From Deltaproteobacteria bacterium (GTDB lineage Bacteria; Myxococcota_A; UBA796; UBA2385): a stretch of 35,909 nucleotides of DNA. Made by a program: the position numbers and the translations under genes. Below the pieces are notes generated by a model. That model worked only from the letters and a program-made list of their open reading frames with translations. It ran no database searches and was not told where the DNA came from. The first letter of the stretch is position 1. The number at the start of each line of letters is the position of its first letter. The stretch lies in NCBI GenBank assembly GCA_016845285.1, contig JAERSX010000320.1, forward strand, positions 1 to 35,909. Direction: 5' to 3'. Below, piece after piece: positions 1-7,942 of this stretch.

Positions 1-3000
1 CCCTCCGGCGTAGGACAAGCAGAGCAGGCGAAGGGTCGGGTCGACCTGGGGCGCCCGCTTGCGGGCTGCGGCGGCCCGGGGCTCGTCCAAGAAGCCAGCG
101 GCCTCCATGCGGCGGACGCCCTCCTGGATGGCGCCCACCAAGACGTCGACGTCGGCGTCGGAGTGAGCGGTTGACAGGAACATGGTCCGCCCCTCCCACA
201 CGTAGACACCCTGGTCGAGCAGGTGAGCGAAGAGCAGGTCCAGCTTGCGAGACATCTTGAAGCGGAAGAGCGAGCCCGCGTTGACCACCTCGATGGGCAC
301 GTCATTGTCGGCGAACCACCCATTCAGCCGGATGGCGAGGTCGTCGGTCTTGGCGTTCAGCGCCTCCTGCAGAGTGGGTCCGGCCTCCTTCATGTGGGTG
401 AGTGCGGCGTGTGCGGCAGCGAGAGTCACCGGGTTCTTGTTGAAGGTGCCCGCGAACCACACCGTGTCGGTCTGGGGCGTAGAGTCGTCGCCAAAGACCC
501 AAGAGCCACCGTCAATGCAGTCGAGCCAGCGGGCGTCGCCGGCCAGCAACCCGATGGGCATGCCACCACCCACGATCTTGCCGTAGGTGACGATGTCGGC
601 CTCGATGCCGTACCAGGCCTGCGCCCCGCCTTGAGCCAGACGGAAGCCCACCATGACCTCATCGAAGATGAGGGCCACGTCGGCATCACGGGTCCAGGCC
701 CGCAGCTGGTGCAGAAACTCGCGCGGCTGGAGATCTGGCCGCCGACTCTGGACCGGCTCGACGATGACAGCCGCCAGTTCGTGGGCGTGCGCCGCCAGTG
801 TACGCAGTGCCTGCTCGCTGCCGTATTCGAGCACCAACACATCGTCGTACATGCCTGGTGCGCATCCCTCGAGGCGGGGAATGGGAGCGAGCACGCCATC
901 GAAGGAGCCATGGTAGGCGCCGGCGAACATGGCCACTCTGGGCCGCCCCGTGGCGGCGCGTGCCACACGCAGGGCGTTCATGACGGCCTCGGAACCCGTG
1001 TTGCAGAAGGCCACACGGTCCACCTTGGTGAGCTCGCAGACGAGTGCAGCCACATCGTTTGCTGACTCGCCCTGCGGACCAATCTGGAGACCCCGACTGA
1101 TCTGCTCGGTGAGCGCCTCGGCGATGAAGGGAGGGGTGTGCCCGAAGAGGTGCACACCGAAGCCCATGGTGAAGTCGATGTACTCGTTGTCGTCGATGTC
1201 CCAGAAGCGGGAGCCCCGCGAGCGTGTGGCGACCACGGGGTAGCAGAGTTGCTTGAGTGACAACCACTCTCCACGAACCGTAGCCGGGAAGGCCGCTCGG
1301 AATCCCGCGGAGGAGCGCACATCGGCGAGGAAGCTGTGACCCTCGGCCTTGCGTTCCTTGGAGCTCGGGAGGCGTGCTGCGAGGCGATCGGCCAACACCT
1401 GGATGTGGGCCCGCTGCTGCTCGGTCCAGGCCGACGTGGAGGCCTCGACGGTCTCGGCACGGTGAGCCCCGGTGGTCTCGACCACGGGTGCGACCATGGC
1501 ACGGGTGGTCTCTCGGCTGGGGCCAGCCCGACCGGGAACCTGCTCAGCGAGATGACGTGCGAGGTCCACAGGACGGGGGAAGCGGTTGAGGATGTCGCTC
1601 AGGGCAACGCGCACACCAAACTCAACCTGGATGCGCTGCACCCCCTCCACCAGCATCAGCGAGTCCACACCGAGCTCGATGAATGGGGTCTCCATGGACA
1701 CTGCCGACGCATCATAGTGGAGCAGATCGGCGATGATCTCCCGCAACCGGGGACCCACTTCGCGGTCCCGACGTGCCGTCTTCACGATGGGTGCGGAGTT
1801 CTCCTCGGGAGTAGCGAGCTGGAAGAGCAGGGGCGCGGAAGCCGGTGCCTGAGGGACCTCGACCCAGTAGCTCCGCTCATGGAAGCGGTAGGGCGGAAGG
1901 CTCGGCAAGGTCTCCGAACCGCGACCCTGGACCCGCTCCCAGTCGACCGAAATGCCGTTGACGTGGAGCGAGACCAAGGATCGGAGAATCCGCTCCCCTG
2001 CCGCAGACCGAGGAGAGGTCGAGGGAAGACGCAGGACGCCCGGGTCCTTGACCACACGCTGGTGCATGGCGAGCAAGGTGCCGCGGGGGCCGAGCTCGAT
2101 ACAGGCTCGCACGCGCGCCTTCATGCGGCCCAGGGTCCCCATGGCATCGGCGAAACGCACTGGGCTCAGGAGCTGGTCGACCCAGTACTCGGGCCGGGCG
2201 ATCTCCTCGCCCACCAGCTCACCGGTCATGCTCGAGATCATGGGGATCTGCGGCGGCGAGAGCTGCACGCCCGACATGACAGCCCGAAGCGGAGCCCCAG
2301 CGGGGTCCATCAGCGGTGAGTGGAAGGCGTGGGAGACAGCCAGTGGCCGCACGCCGACACCGCTGGCACCGAGCAGCTCGGCGCCAACACGGATGGCCTC
2401 GGTGTCACCCGAGAGCACCACCTTGCCTGGCGTGTTCACGGCGCTGATCACGAGCTCACCGTCCACCTGGGCGATGAGCTCTTCGACCACCGCAGCCTCG
2501 GCCGCAACAGCCAGCATGGCCCCCGGGGGACAAGCCTGCATGAGACGTCCACGCTCCGTCGCCAGCCTCAGGCCGTCCTCGAAGCTGACCACACCGGCCG
2601 TCCAAGCCGCAGCGAGCTCACCCACGCTGTGGCCTACCACCACGTCGGGCTCGACCCCCCACGAGCGCCACAGGCGGGCCAGCGACACCTGGAAGGAGAA
2701 CAGCGCGGGTTGGACCCACTCGGTGTCGGTGGTGACATCGCCATCCTGGGCCAGCATGGGCTCTAGGAGGGGTCGATCCAGGTAGAGCGAGGCGATGGCA
2801 TCGGCCTCGTCCATGGACGCCCGGAAGACGGGCCAGGTGAGGTAGAGCTCACGGGCCACGCCACCGAGCGGCGTGCCCTGGCCGCTGAACAGCCACGCCA
2901 GCGCTGCACGGCCCTTGGCACTGCTGCCCTGCACCCCACGGAGCGAGCTGCCTTCGCTCAGGTAGGCCTCCAGCTCTCCCACGAGCTGCTCTCGGTCGGA

Positions 3001-6000
3001 CACGACCCAGCCGGCCCGGTGCTCGAGGCCGCCCCGAGACACGGTCGCCGCCGCACAAAACTCACGGATGTCGGAGGAGGACGAAGAAGAGCGGAGGCAG
3101 TCGAGAAAGCTGCTTGCCTGAGCCACCAGATCTTCGGGGTGGGGCGCGCTCAGTGCGAACACGGACAGGCCCTCGACGACACGCTGCGGCGCCTGTTCCT
3201 GCCGCGGCGCCTCCTCGAGGATGACGTGGGCATTGGTGCCAGACATGCCAAAGGAGCTGACGGCCGCCAGACGGGGGATGTCGCCCCGGCACCAGGGCTC
3301 GGGGGTCGTGGGCACCCGCACGGGAATTTCGTCCCAGCGAATGAGCGGGCTCGGCTTCTCGAGATGGAGGTGGGGCGGTATGACCTCGTGGCGTAGGCTC
3401 AGCGCCGCGCGCAACAACCCGGTCACTCCGGCAGCGGCCTCGAGATGCCCGAAGTTGGACTTTCCCGAGCCAACGAGTAGGGGCGCCTCAGCGGGTCGGT
3501 CCTTGCCGTAGGTGTCGACCAGGGCAGCCATCTCGATTGGGTCGCCCAGACGGGTGCCGGTGCCATGGGCTTCGACGTAGCCGATCTCGCTCGGCTGGAC
3601 GCCCGCTTGGGCCATGGCCTTCTCAATGACAGCGCGCTGTGCTGTGCCGTTGGGGGTGGTCAGCCCGAAGCTCTTGCCATCGTGGTTGATGGCCGAGCTG
3701 CGGATCACAGCCACCACATGATCGCCATCCCGGACCGCGTCGGCGTACCGCTTCAACACGACGAAGGAGCAACCCTCAGCGCGTCCGAACCCATCTGCCG
3801 AGGCGTCGAAGGCCTTGCAGCGACCGTCAGGGGAGAGAGCACCGATCGAGCTGAAGTACACCGAACCCGACGGCGACAGCATGAGGTTCACGCCACCGGC
3901 CATCGCCAGGTTGGTTTCGCCCGTGCGGAGCCCTTGACAGGCGAAGTGCAACGCCACCAGCGAGGACGAACACGACGTGTCCAGGGACACTGCGGGACCG
4001 TGGGTGCCCAGGACATGAGACAAGCGTCCGGCAGCGGTGCTGGCCGCGTTGCCGGTGCCCACGAAGGGATCACTCCACCACTGGGTACCTCGCTGAGCGT
4101 GGTGCTCGGTGTAGTCGCGGTTGGAGATGCCCAGGTAGATCCCAGTCTGGCTCCCGGTCAGCCCGCCTGATGTCTGTCCCGCGTTCTCCAGCGCCTGCCA
4201 GGCCACCTGGAGCACCAAGCGCTGCTGGGGATCCATGCTGCGGGCCTCAGCCGGCGAGACTCCGAAGAATCGGGCGTCGAACCCGTCGACACGGGGCAAG
4301 AAGCCGCCTTGTCGGGTGACCGACAGACCCGAGCCTACCGAGGGGTCGTAGAAGGCGTCTGCGTCCCAGCGGTCACTCGGGACCATCGAGACCGCGTCGA
4401 CACCCTCGATGAGAGCAGACCAGAGGGCACTGCCGTCGTCCACACCTGGCAAGCGACAGCCAAAGCCGATGATGGCGATGCTGTCCGCCAGTCGATCCGG
4501 CCGCTCGGAGACACCTTCGGCCGAGGACCCCGGCGAGCTCAACGTGGTTGCCCTGGGGCTCCGAAGCGACTCCACCTCGCGGAAGCGGGCCGGCTCATGT
4601 TCGGCATGGGCAGGAGCACCCACCTCCTCTTCGGTGAGCTCGGTCGCGAGATGATCCGCCATCTGGCGAATTGTGGGTTGATCAAACGGGAGGTTCAGGG
4701 GAACCGAACGACCCAATGCTGCCTCTAGATCATCGACGAGCAGGGTCACCTCGAGGGAATCCACGCCAAAGACGGCGATAGGGGCCTCCAAGTCGACCTC
4801 GTCGGCCCCGATACCCGCCACCTTGGCGAGACGCTGGGACAGCCAACCCTCGAGCACGACAGCCTTACCGTTCCGGGTCAGCGCCTCCAGGTCGAGGCGA
4901 CCATCTTCTACAGGCTCCTCGACCACGGCGGTGGGAGACGCAGCACGAGCACGAGACCATGCAGGAATGAAGTACTCTTCGAGAGTGCCGGTGTCGACGC
5001 CCTCACGAACCTTGTGGCGCTGGACCTTGCCACTCGAAGTCTTGGGAAGCTCACCCTTGGGCAAGATGACGACACCACCCAAGGCCAATTCGTGCGCAGA
5101 CATGACGCGGATGATGATCTGATCGACCATCGTCGCACGTTCATCATCGCCCAGAGCCGAGCGCGCCTCGACGGCCACCACGACACCTTGGGTCTCAGTA
5201 CTCACGGCCACCGTGCAGCCAGGACGCACAGCCAGACCCGACGTCTCTACCGAATGCTCGATGTCCTGAGGATAGTGGTTCTGCCCCCGGACGATGATGA
5301 GGTCCTTGATGCGTCCACTGATGAAGATCCGTCCATCACGGACGAAGCCGAGATCGCCCGTGCGCAGCATGGGCCCCTCGCCCTGCACCGGTGCCTCGAA
5401 GACCTCTGCAGTCAGTTCATCGCGATTCCAATATCCGGCGGCGAGGTTGGCACCGCCAAGACAGATCTCTCCCGTGGTGCCGTCGGGGACGGGCTTCAGC
5501 GTGTCGGGATCGGCAATCACCACTCTCTGTCCATCCGACGGAACACCACAGGACACCACGCCATCCACCGCCTGCCGGTGCCCCGGCTGGTCGTGTTCAC
5601 CGCTGATGTACAGCGTGCCTTCCGCCAAGCCGTAGCAAGGAAATGCAGCGCGCGGATTGAAGCCGCTAGGTGCGAACGCCTCCGCAAAGCGATCCAAAGT
5701 CGCGGCACGTACGGGCTCGGCCCCATTCAACGCCACCCGCCAGGTGCTGAGATCGAGAGCGGCTCGCGTCTCAGGCGTCGTCTTACGTACACACAGATCG
5801 TACGCGAAATTGGGGCCCCCGCTGATCGTCGCACGATATCTATGCACCGCCTGGACCCAACGGGCCGGCCGCTGCAGGAAGTCCAGCGGCGACATCAGGT
5901 ACATCGGAAAGCCCGCATACACAGGCTGAAGCAGCTTTCCCACGAGCCCCATGTCGTGGTAGAAGGGCAGCCAGGACACCCCCACGCTCTCTGGCCCGGC

Positions 6001-6642
6001 ACCGGTTCCCTGCTGGATCATGGCCTCGTTGGCCATGAGGTTGCCGTGTGTGACCATGACCCCCTTGGGCGTACTCGTGGAGCCTGAGGTGTACTGCAGA
6101 AACGCCAACTCCGTAGTGGCAGGCCGCCAGTCGACGTCGTCCTCTTCGTCTCCGGGGCCGACCTCGTCGGTGGCCAAGACCACCAGCTTCGCGAGCGACT
6201 GTGAATACTTGTAGAGCATCGGCATCATCGACGCAATCAGTGAGTTTGAGAGCACCAGCTTGGCCCCACAATCCTCCACGATCGACACGAGCCGAGGCAC
6301 AGTGCGCTCGAGGCGCATGAGGTCTGGTGGATAGGCCGGCACGGCGACGATGCCCGAATAGAGACAGGCCCAGAAGCCCACCACGTAGTCCACGCCCGGC
6401 GGGTAGAGCAGCAGGGCACGATCGCCCGGCTCGGCATTCTGGCGCAGAACCACTGCGAGGCCGCGAGCCAATGCGTCAAGGTCAGCGTAGGAGACACCAA
6501 GAGCGTCACCATCACCATGTTCCAGAAAACCGTAACAACGGCGATCGGGCTGAGTCGAAGCCCGCATGCGCAAGACCTCTGTCAACGTCGCCGCACTCAG
6601 CGGGTGAGAAGACCTGCGTACAGCCAGATTGGGTGCGAGCAC
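1..6642 (-). CDS. Type I PKS-like megasynthase with domain order FAAL-ACP-KS-AT-ACP-aminotransferase-(thioesterase start). The C-terminus runs off the left window edge.
   Basis: The gene is absent from the ORF track because its stop lies beyond position 1. My own reverse-strand translation gives one uninterrupted frame from GTG 6642 to position 1. An in-frame TGA sits at 6694-6696, with no ATG/GTG/TTG between it and 6642. Motifs read: LQYTSGSTSTPKGVMVTHGNL, FYHDMGL, GRIKDLIIVRGQNHYPQDIE and LPKTSSGKVQR (fatty acyl-AMP ligase); FGVDSLE; DTSCSSS, EAHGTGT and GKSNFGHLE (KS); GHSVGE and HAFHS (AT); LGVDSLM; YGKIVGGGMPIG (PLP lysine of a class III aminotransferase); LRLLCLSYAGG at the very end (thioesterase-type start). 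Confidence 0.9.
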   Translation of the reverse strand, partial: MLAPNLAVRRSSHPLSAATLTEVLRMRASTQPDRRCYGFLEHGDGDALGVSYADLDALARGLAVVLRQNAEPGDRALLLYPPGVDYVVGFWACLYSGIVAVPAYPPDLMRLERTVPRLVSIVEDCGAKLVLSNSLIASMMPMLYKYSQSLAKLVVLATDEVGPGDEEDDVDWRPATTELAFLQYTSGSTSTPKGVMVTHGNLMANEAMIQQGTGAGPESVGVSWLPFYHDMGLVGKLLQPVYAGFPMYLMSPLDFLQRPARWVQAVHRYRATISGGPNFAYDLCVRKTTPETRAALDLSTWRVALNGAEPVRAATLDRFAEAFAPSGFNPRAAFPCYGLAEGTLYISGEHDQPGHRQAVDGVVSCGVPSDGQRVVIADPDTLKPVPDGTTGEICLGGANLAAGYWNRDELTAEVFEAPVQGEGPMLRTGDLGFVRDGRIFISGRIKDLIIVRGQNHYPQDIEHSVETSGLAVRPGCTVAVSTETQGVVVAVEARSALGDDERATMVDQIIIRVMSAHELALGGVVILPKGELPKTSSGKVQRHKVREGVDTGTLEEYFIPAWSRARAASPTAVVEEPVEDGRLDLEALTRNGKAVVLEGWLSQRLAKVAGIGADEVDLEAPIAVFGVDSLEVTLLVDDLEAALGRSVPLNLPFDQPTIRQMADHLATELTEEEVGAPAHAEHEPARFREVESLRSPRATTLSSPGSSAEGVSERPDRLADSIAIIGFGCRLPGVDDGSALWSALIEGVDAVSMVPSDRWDADAFYDPSVGSGLSVTRQGGFLPRVDGFDARFFGVSPAEARSMDPQQRLVLQVAWQALENAGQTSGGLTGSQTGIYLGISNRDYTEHHAQRGTQWWSDPFVGTGNAASTAAGRLSHVLGTHGPAVSLDTSCSSSLVALHFACQGLRTGETNLAMAGGVNLMLSPSGSVYFSSIGALSPDGRCKAFDASADGFGRAEGCSFVVLKRYADAVRDGDHVVAVIRSSAINHDGKSFGLTTPNGTAQRAVIEKAMAQAGVQPSEIGYVEAHGTGTRLGDPIEMAALVDTYGKDRPAEAPLLVGSGKSNFGHLEAAAGVTGLLRAALSLRHEVIPPHLHLEKPSPLIRWDEIPVRVPTTPEPWCRGDIPRLAAVSSFGMSGTNAHVILEEAPRQEQAPQRVVEGLSVFALSAPHPEDLVAQASSFLDCLRSSSSSSDIREFCAAATVSRGGLEHRAGWVVSDREQLVGELEAYLSEGSSLRGVQGSSAKGRAALAWLFSGQGTPLGGVARELYLTWPVFRASMDEADAIASLYLDRPLLEPMLAQDGDVTTDTEWVQPALFSFQVSLARLWRSWGVEPDVVVGHSVGELAAAWTAGVVSFEDGLRLATERGRLMQACPPGAMLAVAAEAAVVEELIAQVDGELVISAVNTPGKVVLSGDTEAIRVGAELLGASGVGVRPLAVSHAFHSPLMDPAGAPLRAVMSGVQLSPPQIPMISSMTGELVGEEIARPEYWVDQLLSPVRFADAMGTLGRMKARVRACIELGPRGTLLAMHQRVVKDPGVLRLPSTSPRSAAGERILRSLVSLHVNGISVDWERVQGRGSETLPSLPPYRFHERSYWVEVPQAPASAPLLFQLATPEENSAPIVKTARRDREVGPRLREIIADLLHYDASAVSMETPFIELGVDSLMLVEGVQRIQVEFGVRVALSDILNRFPRPVDLARHLAEQVPGRAGPSRETTRAMVAPVVETTGAHRAETVEASTSAWTEQQRAHIQVLADRLAARLPSSKERKAEGHSFLADVRSSAGFRAAFPATVRGEWLSLKQLCYPVVATRSRGSRFWDIDDNEYIDFTMGFGVHLFGHTPPFIAEALTEQISRGLQIGPQGESANDVAALVCELTKVDRVAFCNTGSEAVMNALRVARAATGRPRVAMFAGAYHGSFDGVLAPIPRLEGCAPGMYDDVLVLEYGSEQALRTLAAHAHELAAVIVEPVQSRRPDLQPREFLHQLRAWTRDADVALIFDEVMVGFRLAQGGAQAWYGIEADIVTYGKIVGGGMPIGLLAGDARWLDCIDGGSWVFGDDSTPQTDTVWFAGTFNKNPVTLAAAHAALTHMKEAGPTLQEALNAKTDDLAIRLNGWFADNDVPIEVVNAGSLFRFKMSRKLDLLFAHLLDQGVYVWEGRTMFLSTAHSDADVDVLVGAIQEGVRRMEAAGFLDEPRAAAARKRAPQVDPTLRLLCLSYAGG
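115..1330 (-). other. Class III (GSA-aminomutase-like) PLP aminotransferase domain
   Basis: Motifs read: SRGSRFWDIDDNEYIDFTMGFGVHLFGH, CNTGSEAV, LIFDEVMVGFR and YGKIVGGGMP. The Lys codon is at 577-579. Confidence 0.85.
1570..1770 (-). other. ACP domain 2. There is no KR/DH/ER between AT and this ACP.
   Basis: LGVDSLM with the Ser codon at 1660-1662. Only about 100 aa of linker separate the AT end from this ACP, which is too short for a ketoreductase. Confidence 0.8.
2060..2900 (-). other. Acyltransferase domain, predicted malonyl-specific
   Basis: FSGQGT entry motif; GHSVGE with the Ser codon at 2626-2628; and an HAFH motif (about 2316-2333), which is the malonyl-CoA signature rather than YASH. 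Confidence 0.8.
3205..4487 (-). other. Ketosynthase domain
   Basis: The domain begins IAIIGFGCRLPG. The active-site Cys in DTSCSSS is at 3970-3972. EAHGTGT and NFGH are present, and the domain ends FGMSGTNAHVILEE. Confidence 0.9.
4650..4850 (-). other. ACP domain 1
   Basis: Phosphopantetheine attachment motif FGVDSLE, with the Ser codon at 4756-4758. Confidence 0.8.
4990..6594 (-). other. Fatty acyl-AMP ligase (FAAL) / adenylation domain of the megasynthase
   Basis: The AMP-binding core motifs YTSGSTSTPKG (about 6061-6098), YGLAE, TGDLG and SSGKVQR (about 5010-5050) occur in the expected order. Confidence 0.85.
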
Positions 6643-6878
6643 ACACCACCCCCGTGGGCAGATTGAGGATTCGGGATCATTATCGTAAGCAGATCACAGT
6701 AGCAAGCCTATCCACAGTGCCGTAACTGTAGAACGAACGGGCACATGCAGGTAGCTCGGACAGGCCATGCGCCGCATGGACGTCTCCCATATCATGGGCT
6801 TTCCCCTCCTCCACCGGCGTATCGTCCAGGAACTACAGACAGGCCTGGCCCACTTCACATCCACTGTGCACACCACAC

Positions 6879-6907
6879 TTGACCACACCCCCTCATCGTC
6901 ATAGTTT
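6879..6907 (+). promoter_or_regulatory. Candidate sigma70-like promoter for the desaturase-like gene
   Basis: TTGACC at 6879-6884 is followed 15-17 nt later by CATAGTTT (6900-6907). It lies in the lower-GC divergent intergenic region. The match to consensus is imperfect. Confidence 0.25.
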
Positions 6908-6965
6908 CGGAGCGCCACGGCACCGAGAACACACCACTCATGCTGCCCAACGGAGGACCTCTGCA

Positions 6966-7856
6966 ATGGCCCCTAGTGTCGTAACAGACTCAGCAATCGC
7001 GGGAACGCCACCGGTCTCTTACAGCCGGGACGCCATACCCAATGATCAACAGTTGCCAGCCTACACGCTCACCGGACTCCGGCGAGCCTTCTTCATGGCG
7101 ATCTACGTGACCGCCGTCGTCGTCTCTTTCGGCGGCATCGCATTCAGTCTCTTCGTCAACCCGCTGCTCGCCGTCTTCGGGGTCGTCACTGCTTACCTGG
7201 TCAACAACTACGCATTCTCGATCACGCACGTCCGGTACCACAGCAGCTTCATCGAGCTGCCCGAGTCGAAGATGGAGGTGCTGCTACACACCTCCTTCAT
7301 CCACCACTACCGGGACACCGAGGCCTACCACAAGACTTGGCTCGAGTCGCGAGTCAGCTACTTCGTCGATCCGAAGGATGGTATCTTCAGCTCGATCTTC
7401 CTGGCCATGGTGCCAGCAACGCTGATCATTTCGGCCTTCTTGTACACATACAGCCCTGTGCTCGGCGTCACCTACCTGTCCACCATCTGGGCAGCCCAGC
7501 TTCTCCAGGGCTCCATTCACGAGTGGTACCACTACCCCAAGCGGAGGCGGCTCGAATACTTCCACCCGGCGACCCACTACTTCTTCACCTTCCTTGAGAA
7601 GGTCCGCATCGCCGACGGAAAGCGTCACTCCTACCACCACCGCCACCAGCTCCACAACCTCCAGGACGTCGAGCTTTGGCTCGATCTCGCCATCCCCTGG
7701 GGAGACAAGCTTCCAACCTACCTCTGGAAGAAGGTGCTGAAGCTCTACCGGCCGGGCGAGATCCGCATGGTGCCGGCGATCAGCATCCTGATCTACTTCA
7801 CCTACGTCTTCCTGCACAGTCTGCTCACCTTCGGGTACATCCAGCTCTTCGCGTAG
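6966..7856 (+). CDS. Integral-membrane His-box di-iron lipid desaturase-like protein; resembles the CarF/PEDS1(TMEM189)/FAD4 family
   Basis: I chose ATG 6966 because GGAGG (6950-6954) precedes it. The track start, TTG 6879, coincides with the putative -35 element. Several hydrophobic segments are present. The histidine clusters are THVRYH, HTSFIHHYRD, IHEWYHY and RHSYHHRHQLH. Their order and spacing recall HW..EHHID..IHKWSH..HHRIHH of TMEM189 as I remember it. Confidence 0.6.
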   Translation: MAPSVVTDSAIAGTPPVSYSRDAIPNDQQLPAYTLTGLRRAFFMAIYVTAVVVSFGGIAFSLFVNPLLAVFGVVTAYLVNNYAFSITHVRYHSSFIELPESKMEVLLHTSFIHHYRDTEAYHKTWLESRVSYFVDPKDGIFSSIFLAMVPATLIISAFLYTYSPVLGVTYLSTIWAAQLLQGSIHEWYHYPKRRRLEYFHPATHYFFTFLEKVRIADGKRHSYHHRHQLHNLQDVELWLDLAIPWGDKLPTYLWKKVLKLYRPGEIRMVPAISILIYFTYVFLHSLLTFGYIQLFA

Positions 7857-7873
7857 TGCCGACAGGCCGTTCG

Positions 7874-7912
7874 CGTCCCCAGCTGACACCCCAGTGGTGC
7901 CCGCTGGGGGCG
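7874..7912. terminator. GC-rich hairpin between convergent genes (possible bidirectional terminator)
   Basis: CGTCCCCAGC (7874-7883) pairs with GCTGGGGGCG (7903-7912), with one G-U pair. The loop is about 19 nt and contains a small CACC/GGTG stem. There is no U-tract. Confidence 0.3.
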
Positions 7913-7942
7913 TCGCCAATTGGGGAGAGAGAGGACCCCGCC

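Noticed and set aside
6879-6965. TTG 6879 as the start of the desaturase-like gene, as given in the track.
   Set aside because: The extra 29 aa (TTPPHRHSFGAPRHREHTTHAAQRRTSA) are non-hydrophobic and low-complexity. ATG 6966 has a GGAGG upstream, and the TTG is part of a TTGACC -35-like hexamer.
6694-6966. 90-aa minus-strand ORF in the PKS/desaturase intergenic region, in the same frame as the PKS.
   Set aside because: It has a TTG start, Trp/Cys/Arg-rich composition and weak third-position GC compared with real genes here. It is separated from the PKS start by an in-frame stop. It most likely represents untranslated divergent promoter DNA.
6643-7856. Lower GC of the desaturase-like gene (and of the third CotH gene at 35118-35909) as evidence of recent horizontal transfer.
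   Set aside because: Third codon positions remain mostly G/C. Much of the GC drop comes from the Phe/Tyr/Ile/His/Lys-rich amino-acid composition. Without genome-wide statistics this is not a reliable signal.
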